Source: an uncultured Methanoregulaceae archaeon
GTDB lineage: Archaea; Halobacteriota; Methanomicrobia; Methanomicrobiales; Methanospirillaceae
NCBI GenBank assembly: GCA_963841015.1
Contig: CAWJAX010000002.1
Coordinates: forward strand, 416,001-480,000
Direction: 5' to 3'
DNA length: 64,000 nucleotides
A program made the position numbers and the translations under genes. This document shows, piece after piece, positions 26,301-36,845 of this stretch (the stretch's first letter is position 1; every line of letters begins with the position of its first letter). The notes beneath the pieces were generated by a model, which worked only from the letters and a program-made list of their open reading frames with translations, was not told where the DNA came from and searched no databases.

Positions 26301-29300
26301 ACGGCAACAAACCTTGCCGGAAGTGATACCAACACCAAGGCGAGTCTCATCAATGTCACACCAAATGTTACACCCCCGGTTATACCAGTTGCCGAGTTTA
26401 CCGCGGTACCAACATCCGGGGTAGCACCGCTGACGGTGCAGTTCACGGATACATCGACGAACGTACCGACCAGCTGGTTATGGTCGTTTGGTGATGGGAA
26501 TTCAAGTATACTCCAGAGTCCGGCATTTATCTACTCAACACCTGGGACCTACACGGTCTCGCTCACGGCAACAAACCTTGCCGGAAGTACGACCAACACC
26601 AAGACGGGACTCATTACAGTTACTGCTGCGACAATAACACCGGTTGCCGAGTTCACTGCGGTACCAACGTCCGGTGTAGCACCGCTGACGGTGCAGTTCA
26701 CGGATACTTCCACAAACGTACCGACATCGTGGTTGTGGTCGTTCGGAGATGGGAACTCCAGTATACTCCAGAGTCCGGCATTTACGTACTCAACACCCGG
26801 GACCTACACGGTTTCACTCACGGCGACAAACCTGGCAGGGAGTACGACCAACACCAAGACGGGACTCATTACAGTTACTGCTGCAACTATAACACCAGTT
26901 GCCGAGTTTACCGCGGTACCAACGTCCGGTGTAGCACCGCTGACGGTGCAGTTCACGGATACTTCGACGAACGTACCGACCAGCTGGCTGTGGTCGTTTG
27001 GTGATGGGAATTCAAGTATACTCCAGAGTCCGGCATTTACGTACTCAACACCCGGGACCTACACGGTCTCGCTAACGGCGACAAACACGGCTGGGAGCAC
27101 GACCAACACCAAGACGGGACTTATCATAGTAACTGCTGCAACTGTAGTTCCGGTTGCCGAGTTCACTGCGGTACCAACATCCGGGGTAGCACCGCTGACG
27201 GTTCAGTTCACGGATACTTCGACGAACGTACCGACCAGCTGGCTGTGGTCGTTTGGTGATGGGAATTCAAGTATACTCCAGAGTCCGGCATTTACGTACT
27301 CAACACCCGGGACCTACACGGTTTCACTCACGGCGACAAACACGGCTGGGAGCACGACCAACACCAAGACGGGACTCATTACAGTTACTGCTGCGACTAT
27401 AACACCGGTTGCCGAGTTCACTGCGGTACCAACATCCGGGGTAGCACCGCTGACGGTTCAGTTCACGGATACTTCCACGAACGTACCGACCAGCTGGCTG
27501 TGGTCGTTTGGTGATGGGAATTCAAGTATACTCCAGAGTCCGGCATTTACGTACTCAACACCCGGGACCTACACGGTTTCACTCACGGCGACAAACACGG
27601 CTGGGAGCACGACCAACACCAAGACGGGACTCATTACAGTTACTGCTGCGACTATAACACCGGTTGCCGAGTTCACTGCGGTACCAACATCCGGGGTAGC
27701 ACCGCTGACGGTTCAGTTCACGGATACTTCCACGAACGTGCCGACCAGCTGGCTGTGGTCGTTTGGTGATGGGAATTCGAGTATACTCCAGAGTCCGGCA
27801 TTTACGTACTCAACACCTGGGATCTACACGGTCTCGCTTACGGCGACAAACACGGCTGGGAGCACGACCAACACCAAGACGGGACTCATTACAGTTACTG
27901 CTGCAACTATAACACCAGTTGCCGAGTTTACCGCGGTACCAACATCCGGGGTAGTTCCGCTGACGGTTCAGTTCACGGATACTTCCACGAACGTGCCGAC
28001 CAGCTGGCTGTGGTCATTTGGTGACGGGAACTCCAGTATACTCCAGAGTCCGGCATTTACGTACTCAACACCTGGGACCTACACGGTCTCGTTCACGGCA
28101 ACGAACATTGCCGGAAGTACGACCAACACCAAGACGGGACTCATTTCAGTTACTGCTGCAACTGTAGTTCCGGTTGCCTGAGTTCACTGCGGTACCAACC
28201 TCAGGGGTAGCTCCTCTGACGGTGCAGTTCACGGATACCTCCACAAACGCCCCCACCTCTTGGATATGGCTGTTCGGAGACGGTAATGCAAGTGCGCTTC
28301 AGAGCCCCTCGTTTGTCTATTCGAGTCCCGGGTTCTACACAGTCGCCCTGACAGCTACTAACGATGCTGGTTCTAACACAACCACTAAGACGAATTATAT
28401 CAACGTCACCGCCGCTGTTGTTGCTCCAGAGAATGGTGGGACTGATAGTGATGATGGCACTACTGGCCAGGCAAGCACGAATCTGGCTGAACTGAGTGCT
28501 ATCGGATTCACCCCTTCAGATCCATCACAGTCTGTCCCTGAGTCTATAGGTCTGGTATACACGTATATTGATCTTAGTCCTGAGCAGTACCAGGCGAACT
28601 CCAACCCTGAAATGCTGTTTGACATTCCTTCTTCATGGTTTACCGAGCATGATATGGAACCGGAAAATATTGTCCTGATGGGGTATGTGAACAACCAATG
28701 GCAGGAAATCCGGACAACTCTTGTGAGCAAGACCCCCGATCGGGCTTATTACAAGGTAGATACACCGAAGGTCAATCTGGTAGCTATTGTTGCCGTTCCC
28801 GCCCAGGTCTCCCAGACCACCGGACAGGCCACACAGACTTCTCCGATGGGATTTGAGGGATTGAGTTTCAATGCCGATGGGACAGATACCCTTGTTCTGA
28901 ATCTCGATCAGGCACAAAATACCGGGGCTCAGGTTACCATCTTTTCTGACCGCGTGGAAGTCTACCAGCACAGTTCCCCGGGAGTGCTCATTACTTTCTG
29001 GGGTGACCGGTTTGTGAAAATTGGAGGAAATATTACCGGGAAAGTGACAAAAGCTGACTTCGTAACAGATCCTCTGGTTGCAAATCTGTCCATCGGCAAT
29101 GTATCGGGTTCAGTGAAGGCAATCTTGTCATCGCTGACAGAGAGAGGTGCAGTTAAAACCACAATACAGGGTAATGTCAGCCAGGAGACGGTGGAACAAT
29201 TCCAGACGATCACTGAGAAGAACAACCTTCAGATGCAATCTGTTGCCTACACGCTTGATGTCCGGAAAGTAAAGATACCTCAGACCAGCGCTGCAAATAT

Positions 29301-29688
29301 CACCATGAGTATCCCGCCCTCATGGGTGGACAGATATGGTGGGAAAGATGCCGTCCGTATCATACGGATCAGTGAAGAAACGGGTACTTCTGAATTACTT
29401 GATACGGTCTACATGGGTCTAGATCCAAACGGAAACATGGTATTCCGTGGAGATTCGCCAAATGGCTCTTCATTATTCGGGCTGCTTACTGCCAAGGCTA
29501 CTGCCATGGAACAGGAGCAGAACCCGGACTCACCGATCATTCCCGTCTCGAGACCCGCGATGAGTACAAATATAGGAATGGTCAGCTGGATCATGACCAT
29601 TTTCACTGATAATCCGATTAGTATCATCCTTATAATCGGGATAATTGCAGCTGCTGTATATTTCGGATGGTGGAAGAGACGGTTATAA
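5377..29688 (+). CDS. Giant multidomain cell-surface protein/adhesin (~8,100 aa), split in this assembly by frameshifts
   Basis: One signal peptide at 5377 and one C-terminal TM plus WWKRRL. ORF pieces join mid-domain at ~6811, 9201, 16991, 20359, 23338, 24560-24905 and 28179. Domains: 6 PPC-like, >30 PKD, 2 C-type lectin, 3 Kelch/BNR-like propellers, 3 LamG, FG-GAP, LVIVD, DUF3821-like, 2 NosD/CASH beta-helices, PGF-pre-PGF-like. Confidence 0.85.
5464..7285 (+). repeat. 621-bp tandem repeat x ~2.9 (207 aa, two PPC-like domains per unit)
   Basis: ccacctgttc at 5541, 6162 and 6783 (period 621); units near-identical downstream of ~5540. Confidence 0.95.
8940..9835 (+). repeat. Kelch/BNR-like repeats, propeller 1
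   Basis: W.AR..H.SVVMPDGSIVLMGG...NDVWRS.D.G.TWTQ repeats. Confidence 0.85.
16040..16940 (+). repeat. Kelch/BNR-like repeats, propeller 2
   Basis: Same ~50-aa repeat, about 6 copies. Confidence 0.85.
18730..19665 (+). repeat. Kelch/BNR-like repeats, propeller 3
   Basis: Same ~50-aa repeat, about 6 copies. Confidence 0.85.
22531..28410 (+). repeat. Tandem array of ~23 PKD units (255 bp / 85 aa)
   Basis: PVAEF...APLTVQF.D...SWLWSFGDGNSS...PGTYTVSLTATN; period 255 bp (e.g. 22793 to 23048). Confidence 0.95.
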
Positions 29689-29735
29689 ATTCCTAAAATT
29701 TTCCCTTATTTTTTTAATAGTGAAAAATAAATTTC

Positions 29736-29940
29736 AGCTCTGTAGAATTCCTTTTCCTTTGATATGAAATTCACGATGCCGGTACAATGAAGAAGGGGAC
29801 AGGCCCTGTCCCCCCTTACTGCCCCTACGCTGAGCGATGATTAATTTGAACCTGTCCAAGGATTATCTCATCGGGGGAGCCACCACGGGGGGTGAAACCC
29901 CCTTAAGCGTTTAGCTGTAATGGGGCATTTCTTCAGAGTC
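29736..29940 (+). mobile_element. MITE-like element, short form (module A)
   Basis: agctctgtagaa...tttcttcagagtc TIRs; flanks taaatttc/tgaatttt (6/8); hairpins ggggacag-gcc-ctgtcccc and ggggg-tgaaa-ccccc. Confidence 0.85.
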
Positions 29941-30126
29941 TGAATTTTCGGTAATTAAAACAAAAAAATAAAATAATTTTTTTTGTAATCACCTCAGGTT
30001 ACGAATAAAATTCACCTTGATCAGTGAAAATGACCGCTGGGATTTTTACGATAAAACGATCAATGTCTTGGTGTAACGTATACGATGGCAGATCAATTTG
30101 TCGTAAGGGGACCTGACGTGAGGGAA

Positions 30127-31576
30127 ATGAAAAGAGATCTGATATATAACCTGATCATGGTGTGCTGTGCAGTCACCCTGTCGGGGTTGTGCATATTCCC
30201 GGTTACTGCTGTTCTCTGTGACGGACCCCCTCAGAGCCAGTCATTTATCCTCTTCAGTGGGGGATGTGTCCAGTCACTGCAGGGTTTACCCTGTACCCAG
30301 GGTTTCATGTTCCCGGCACAACCCTCCCTTGGCGGGGATTTTCCTACCCAGTATTCCCTGGATTTTGGTGACGGTTCACCTCCCTACTATGGTCCGGTTG
30401 ACGGGGTCAGCCATACCTACAACAGTTCAGGGCTTTTTACCCTGAAATTCATGGCTGGCACGCAATGTGACCTGTGGCGATCCGGCACCTTTGTAATAAA
30501 TATCCCTGCCCCGGTAAATTATTCCCCTGTAGTTCCCGCTTGTGTACCCGTACAGCCTGCTGCAGGTTTTACCGGGAGCCCGACCTCCGGGACCGCCCCT
30601 CTGACGGTTCAGTTCACCAGTACATCAAAAGGAGCAAATGCCTACACCTGGAGTTTTGGTGACGGTGGAACCTCCCCGGCACAGAATCCCCGGCATACCT
30701 ACCGGACCCGGGAATTTATCCGGTCTCCCTTGAGGCACGTGATACCTGTACCGGGACTGTCAGCCTTGTAGGCGTGAGTAATTTTGTCAGTGTTACCAAT
30801 CCTGCGACAACACTTTCTATTACTTCAAATCCACCGGGTGCGATCGTATATATTGATAATATCATCAAGGGCAGAACCCCCCTGACGCTTACGGATACTG
30901 CGATCGGTGATCACCGTTTAACGATGACGCTCGATGGTTATGAGGAATACAGCCGGGATATCATAGTGGAATCCGCAACCCCCCTGTCGATCGCAGTAGT
31001 ACTCACGACCATAGTCCCGCAACCTACGACCAGGCCACCTCCTAATGGATCGATTGCCATCACATCGATACCTTCAGGTGCTGAAGTGTATATTGACGGC
31101 TGGCAGAGTGGAATTACACCGACAATTATTTCTGAGATCCTACCCGGCAACCACCAGGTTACGCTCTCGTCCAGAGGATACGATAACTGGAGCAACATCG
31201 TATCGGTCGGATCCGGACGAATGTCTGCGGTCAATGCCGACTTGGTTGCAACAAAAGAGATCACCGGCTCGCTTGCGGTCATTACTGCCCCCCGGGTGCC
31301 GAGATATTTATCGATGGTGATTTCAAGGGGGTGAGTCCTGTAACCATCCCCGGACTTTCCCCCGGGATACATGCGGTTTTGTTAACCCTGAAGGAGTATG
31401 CGAATACTACCACCACCATCTCCATCACCGGTGGGCAGACACAAAAATACTCTGCCCAGTTGCAAAAGGTGTATAAGCTATCCACAATCGACCTGATCCT
31501 TGCGGCGGGTGCGATTGTGATGATTGCGGTAATAGCATTGGTCGTCATGTTCAGGAAGGATCCAAAAGCGAAATAA
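30127..31576 (+). CDS. PKD + 3x PEGA surface protein with C-terminal TM (frameshifted near 30705-30725 and ~31290)
   Basis: LDFGDG and WSFGDG PKD motifs; ITSNPPGAIVYIDN, ITSIPSGAEVYIDG and an out-of-frame GAEIFIDGDFKG PEGA repeat; TM before RKDPKAK. Confidence 0.8.
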
Positions 31577-31652
31577 CCTGTATACTATTGTCGGGACCAA
31601 TGATATCCAACCGCCATAAAATTTAATACGATCACCCACGAGAGTGTTCTGC

Positions 31653-32066
31653 ATGGCACTCAGGGAGAATATCCTGGAAGTCGTGGGAGGTCCTCACGTA
31701 GCGGCCATTGCTACCGTTGACGGTAAACTGCCGGCAGTGCGGTTCATGGTACTGAATGGATTTCCCGACATGACCTTTGTCGGGGGAACATTGAAGGCTT
31801 CAAAAAAAGTGGCACAGCTGAAAAAGAATCCCAATGTTGCGATTTCAACCTGGTCAGGCAAAGAGTTTTCCGATCCGTATGTGGAGATGCGGGCAAAAGG
31901 GGAAGTCCATGAAGATCTTGCGACCAAGAAGAAATACTGGAACCCTATGTTTGAACAGTATTTCAAATCCGTGGATAACCCTGATTATGTTGTCCTGGTC
32001 TTTACTGCTTCAGAAATCATCTATCACGGCAAGAACATGATGACCGAGGAAGTCTGGAAGAGATAA
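31653..32066 (+). CDS. Pyridoxamine 5'-phosphate oxidase-like (general stress protein 26-like) FMN-binding protein
   Basis: IATVDGKLPAVRFM...SKKVAQLKKNPNV...YFKSVDNPDYV. Confidence 0.85.
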   Translation: MALRENILEVVGGPHVAAIATVDGKLPAVRFMVLNGFPDMTFVGGTLKASKKVAQLKKNPNVAISTWSGKEFSDPYVEMRAKGEVHEDLATKKKYWNPMFEQYFKSVDNPDYVVLVFTASEIIYHGKNMMTEEVWKR

Positions 32067-32210
32067 CTCCCCTTCTTTTTTCATGAAATTCCTATGAAGG
32101 CATCGTAATTCAGCCGGATTATGTTGGAGGAATAGTATCAGATGCCCCTATGACAGGGAAAAAGGACTCAACAGAAAAAATATTTCCCCGTAGAGGGAAA
32201 CCTGCCAGAG

Positions 32211-33179
32211 TTATGGCGGATCTATAGGCATTTTTATGCCAAGGTAATAGGCATGAATCCCCAGTAAAAGATAAATGGGGAAGAGCACCTGGTAGCTGTT
32301 TGTCTCACCCTGGTACTTGAACAACCAGACTGTTGCGGTGATGTCAATCTGGAAGATCATAAATCCCCACCATTTTCCGAGATAGCCGTAACCCATGCCG
32401 GGGAGTAAGAAGTTGAGAAATCCTGCAATCACCGGATTTTTTATCAGCTGCGGTCGTTTAGCGAGTTGGCGGGGAAGGTGCAGCAGCGCTATCCCGACTT
32501 TGGAGGATGAAAGAACTGAGTTCCACCTCACTTCCCTGTTCTCGTCAGACAGCGATCGCATAAGAGCAGGTGTAGCATCAGCATCCCCGATCTCCCCGAG
32601 CAGTTCAATTGCCTTTATGCGGATATTGGCATCACGGTCCCGGAGGAGCTTGTTCAGTGCCGGAATAGAGGATTTTCCGATAGTCTTTACCGCTCTCCAT
32701 TCCTGCATCGCGATAAAATAATAGGCCCGCTCTGTGGCATCGGCCGGTTTCCACCCCATTTTTGCAAGGGAAAATGCTGAACTATAGCGCACATATTTGA
32801 CGGGATCCCTGAGTGCCTGAACAAGGGGATTGATTGCCCGTTCATAACCAATCTCTCCCAGCGCAATTGCTGCCTGCCACCGTATTTCACTGTCCTTGTC
32901 TTTGAGGGCTGCAATCAGGGGCTCAACGGAACGGGGATCCTTGATAATTTCCAATGCCCCGATAACACCGAGTTTGACTGCTTTGTTTCTTGTCCCCAGT
33001 GTTTTAATCAGCTGTTCTCCTGCTTCAGGGCCGAATGTCCCAAGGGCTTTTGCCGCCCTTGTATATACATCAAGATCCGCAGATCGCAGTGCCCTGATGA
33101 GTCCTGCAATATCCTTTTTTTGGGTCATCGCCTCAATATCGGGTTTTTTTGGTTTGAAGAGGTCAGAAAGTGGCAGCAT
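32211..33179 (-). CDS. HEAT-repeat protein with C-terminal TM2-like membrane domain
   Basis: PBS-lyase HEAT repeats (IRWQAAIALGEIG, AIELLGEIGD); NPVIAGFLNFLLPGMGYGYLGKW. Confidence 0.85.
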   Translation of the reverse strand: MLPLSDLFKPKKPDIEAMTQKKDIAGLIRALRSADLDVYTRAAKALGTFGPEAGEQLIKTLGTRNKAVKLGVIGALEIIKDPRSVEPLIAALKDKDSEIRWQAAIALGEIGYERAINPLVQALRDPVKYVRYSSAFSLAKMGWKPADATERAYYFIAMQEWRAVKTIGKSSIPALNKLLRDRDANIRIKAIELLGEIGDADATPALMRSLSDENREVRWNSVLSSSKVGIALLHLPRQLAKRPQLIKNPVIAGFLNFLLPGMGYGYLGKWWGFMIFQIDITATVWLFKYQGETNSYQVLFPIYLLLGIHAYYLGIKMPIDPP

Positions 33180-33187
33180 GTTTTATC

Positions 33188-34120
33188 TCACAGGTCGTGC
33201 ATTTTTTTTACCATGTAGTAGGTCTGTATTGCAAATATCCAGGTAAACGGGTAGGCAAAGATAAACGGAAACGGGACATCGGTATATAATTGTACGAAGA
33301 CCATGGAGGCCATGAAGCTGGCGTAAATAAGAAACCCATACCATTTCTGGAGGTAACTGTACCCTATGCCAAAGAACAGGAAGTTGAGGATTGCCGCCCC
33401 GACGGGACTTGGTGTTGTCCAGGGACGACGCGAGAGAATCAGGGGAACGCGGGTGTTACTTACCCCGCATTTTCTGGCACCAACCACCGCTTTCCAGCGA
33501 ACAACGGGGTCAACATCCATAAGAGCCGCTTCACAGGTTTGTGTTGCTTCATGGCCCCGGATACTGCTGAGCAGATCGATAATTTTCCCCCTTGTAACAG
33601 GATTTTTATCCTTGAGGATATCCGTCAGGGGATCAACTGCTGCCAGACCCAGTTTTTTTACCGATTCCCAGTCGTTCATTGCAATAAAAGCATACGCCCT
33701 GTCGGTATCATTTTCCGGCTGCCAGCCCAGCATTGTCAGCGACTTTTCTGATCCGTAGCGTAAGTACCGGTCCCCATCTTTCAGGGATTGTAATAATGCA
33801 GGAATTGCCCGTTTGTCTCCGATTGCCCCAAGAGCCAGTGCTGCGACCCAGCGTACTTCATTGCTTTTGTCCTTCGCCAGCGTTTGGATGAGCGGCTCCA
33901 CTGATCGCGGGCTTTTAATATCTCCCAGTGCTTCTATGACACCAACACGGACGTTTACCTTCGGGAATGCAAGGATTTTGAGGAGAGGATCGCATGCGAT
34001 CTCTCCCAGGGATCCAAGGGCATCTGCTGCATGCCACTGTATATCATGTTCGCTATGATTCAGGAGATGGATCAGGCGTTTCACATCATGAGTTTTTTTC
34101 ATCGCTTCGATGTCTGGCAT
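33188..34120 (-). CDS. HEAT-repeat protein with C-terminal TM2-like membrane domain (paralog)
   Basis: VRWVAALALGAIGDKRA; GAAILNFLFFGIGYSYLQKW. Confidence 0.85.
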   Translation of the reverse strand: MPDIEAMKKTHDVKRLIHLLNHSEHDIQWHAADALGSLGEIACDPLLKILAFPKVNVRVGVIEALGDIKSPRSVEPLIQTLAKDKSNEVRWVAALALGAIGDKRAIPALLQSLKDGDRYLRYGSEKSLTMLGWQPENDTDRAYAFIAMNDWESVKKLGLAAVDPLTDILKDKNPVTRGKIIDLLSSIRGHEATQTCEAALMDVDPVVRWKAVVGARKCGVSNTRVPLILSRRPWTTPSPVGAAILNFLFFGIGYSYLQKWYGFLIYASFMASMVFVQLYTDVPFPFIFAYPFTWIFAIQTYYMVKKMHDL

Positions 34121-34341
34121 AGGTGTCCCGAACGGTGTGTTGCTGTATATTCTGAAAAAAATTTATTCATGTCCTATATATCTGAATGATTCAATGCAGG
34201 TTATGAAATTTTTGATTTGGTTGCGTAAGAAGAAGGTAGGATAAAAATTCAGATAATCTTCATTACCGCTGATCATAGTGTTAATTCGCAGTCACTGAGG
34301 AGGATGGGCACTCGGCTGGGTGGTAACCGTGATGCAGGTGA

Positions 34342-34623
34342 ATCCCGCCAGATCAGAACCACCTACGTTTTGAATCACAAGTAGTCACAGCGACCATTGC
34401 CGTATCTCAGGATGTTGGGGACGGTGGACGCTATGCCCTCATTAACATTCATAATGCCCCTAAGGGGACAGGGTCAGCTCAGATAATCACCTCACTAACC
34501 CTCCCTGTGCTGGTCACAATAGCGGGTTCCAAGATCATCCATACGAAAACAATAAGCGATGTCAAAATCGGTGAAATTGTCCCAGGTCATGAGATTAGAG
34601 ATCAGCCAGCCAAAAAGCGCTAA
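34342..34623 (+). pseudogene. Start-less gene fragment of a beta-sandwich secreted protein
   Basis: 94-codon open frame without a suitable start: ESQVVTATIAVSQDVGDGGRYALINIH...LPVLVTIAGSKIIHT. Confidence 0.4.
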
Positions 34624-34765
34624 ATAGGCACATTTTAAACCTTAGAAATCAGGTATTTTGCCTTAAAAACCGAAATTTTTTAGATTTTGAAAAATAATGC
34701 ACCTGAATTAGGCTTTTTTAGCACTAAATTCAAATCTGCGTGATCCAGAATTGCTATTGTTTTGT

Positions 34766-35094
34766 CAATCGGAGCCTGTGTGGGGCATATTTTTCCTGCG
34801 ATCGCTCAATTCCCCCCTTCATTCCCTCCTTGGATCATTCCCAACCCGATCCCAAAAAACCGGCATCCTCAAAACAGGCCTTTCTTTCGTTTCCGCATAC
34901 TCCAGCCTGTAATTGCAGACTTCCGCCTCTAAATAGGGAATAATAAGGCCGGTTTTCCTTGCGGTAAAATCGGGTATTTGCTATTCCCTGCGATTAAACC
35001 GGAGATCTGGGAATTAATGATTAAAAACGCTCCAATAAGACCGGTCGGCAGGAACCGGCCAAAAAGTGAATATGCCCAAATTAAGCCCTGATTG
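34766..35094. repeat. Imperfect ~26-bp inverted repeats bracketing ~280 bp (possible second MITE family)
   Basis: caatcggagcctgtgtggggcatatt versus the reverse complement of aatatgcccaaattaagccctgattg. Confidence 0.3.
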
Positions 35095-35451
35095 CTTTTT
35101 TAATCCTGATTTGGCAGATACGAAAGAGTTTTCCCAAAAAGTGGTTTGGTGGCAGGGGTCTTCAGGAGGTTATCATCATTCTTTTATGAGATCCATTCAG
35201 GTTCCTGTTCACTGATGCTGGGTCTGGTAGCCAGGAATGTCCCGCAGGAAGATCCCTGATCAAAAATGAGCGCTGGTGTGGATCCCGTAATCAAATACGA
35301 AGATCCGATTAGGAGGAACTGATATTTCTGGCATGGTAAAAAGGGGATATCGTGCACTCTTTATATTCTCACTCTTAATCCCTGTCGGATCATATGCTAA
35401 TTATTATAAACTGACTCGACTTAAAATGGATCTTACTGGGGTGATTGTGCT

Positions 35452-36084
35452 ATGGTGAAGTTTGAATGCAACTGGTGCGGGAAATGCTGCGGAAGCTTTG
35501 GGGATTTCATAAAAATTGAACGACAGATTACCGAACATGATTATTTCTGCCGGTATGGAATCACCAATGAACTCTTCAGGGTTCATGTGCTGCCGGAATA
35601 TGCGGATGAATTTGCCGAAAAATTTGAGGAGATGGAGAGCAACGGCAGTAAGGATCCCGCTCAGAAAGGGTGCGTATTTTCAAAAAGGAATCCTGATGGT
35701 CCGGGGTTTGTGTGCATCATTTACCCTAACCGCCCCACGATCTGCAAGGAATTTCTCTGCTATCGTATGCTGATAAACCACCGACATACCGGAGAGCTCC
35801 GTGGGAAGGTCATCGGGCTCAACGAGCTCAGGACCCATGATGAGATACTCGTGGCGATCTGGAAAGAGAAGATTGCTCACCTGCCACACCCGTTTGAATC
35901 GGGGCACCATAAGGTGCAGCATTCCCATGCTCCCGGACATGAGAAGTCCCATGGGCATGATCCGCATATCCTTGCCCATATATACGGGCCGGCTCATGCC
36001 GATGATCGCGAATGGGTTGAAAATGTCCTGACCGTCCTTGCTGCACACGGCTACCATGGGGATCCGGTTGAAGAGCACAAGTGA
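35452..36084 (+). CDS. YkgJ family CxxCxxCC cysteine-cluster protein with His-rich insertion
   Basis: FECNWCGKCC...GCVF...CIIYPNRPTICKEFLC; HHKVQHSHAPGHEKSHGHDPH. Confidence 0.85.
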   Translation: MVKFECNWCGKCCGSFGDFIKIERQITEHDYFCRYGITNELFRVHVLPEYADEFAEKFEEMESNGSKDPAQKGCVFSKRNPDGPGFVCIIYPNRPTICKEFLCYRMLINHRHTGELRGKVIGLNELRTHDEILVAIWKEKIAHLPHPFESGHHKVQHSHAPGHEKSHGHDPHILAHIYGPAHADDREWVENVLTVLAAHGYHGDPVEEHK

Positions 36085-36222
36085 CGATAATAACGCAATT
36101 ATTTTATCCTTCTACGGAACAGGAACACCTGAAGCTATCCGTGTAAAGTGGATGGCTGGAAAAAGAATGCACTGCCGGACTACTGAACCTTGGTGTACTG
36201 TGCCAGCATGGATATTTTATGG

Positions 36223-36711
36223 TTACTGCTTACCTTTCATGTTTTCCGGAGTGAGCAACCATTGAAGATCACCGGATGGACGCCGGGTAAATGAGAAATG
36301 CCGGATTTTTGCGAGGCCCGCTTTTGCAAAACCATAAGAACCATTATCTCCCGTGATTTTACTGGTAAGCATGGATACCCAGGGTTCATGTCCTACGACA
36401 AGCACCGATGCATGTTCCCCATAACCTGATGCGTGGTAACAGACAGTATCCAGGTCGCCACCCGGTGCAAGTTCATCCCAGACAACGAGCCGGTCTTTTT
36501 GATCTAGCACCGATGCCACAATCTTTGCGGTTTCCCGGGCACGTTTCAACGGACTTGTTGCGATAGCATCGAATCTGATCTTGTTTCCCTTCATCCACTG
36601 AGCAACTTTTTTTACCTCCTCCTTTCCCTTGCGGGTGAGTGCTCGGGCTGCATCAGGAGTACCGTCAGAAGATTTTTCTGCTTTTCCATGGCGGAGAATG
36701 AAGAGGTTCAT
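36223..36711 (-). CDS. sixA: Phosphohistidine phosphatase SixA
   Basis: LFILRHGKAE, SPLKRARETA, LVVGHEP. Confidence 0.9.
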   Translation of the reverse strand: MNLFILRHGKAEKSSDGTPDAARALTRKGKEEVKKVAQWMKGNKIRFDAIATSPLKRARETAKIVASVLDQKDRLVVWDELAPGGDLDTVCYHASGYGEHASVLVVGHEPWVSMLTSKITGDNGSYGFAKAGLAKIRHFSFTRRPSGDLQWLLTPENMKGKQ

Positions 36712-36845
36712 ACACAAGAGAATCCTTTCTTCAGATATGAATATTTTCTTCACTTCAGTGTGTAACGCAATTTTTCAGCATGGTTTTTTTCGCTGATGAG
36801 CCGGAGTTTTGGCAGTCGCGGATTATTAAAAAATGGTAATAAATC

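Noticed and set aside
22531-28410. CRISPR-like array
   Set aside because: 255-bp coding units with no unique spacers and no cas genes.
36791-36825. CTGATGAG as a hammerhead ribozyme core
   Set aside because: No GAAA after the putative stem II and no stems I/III.
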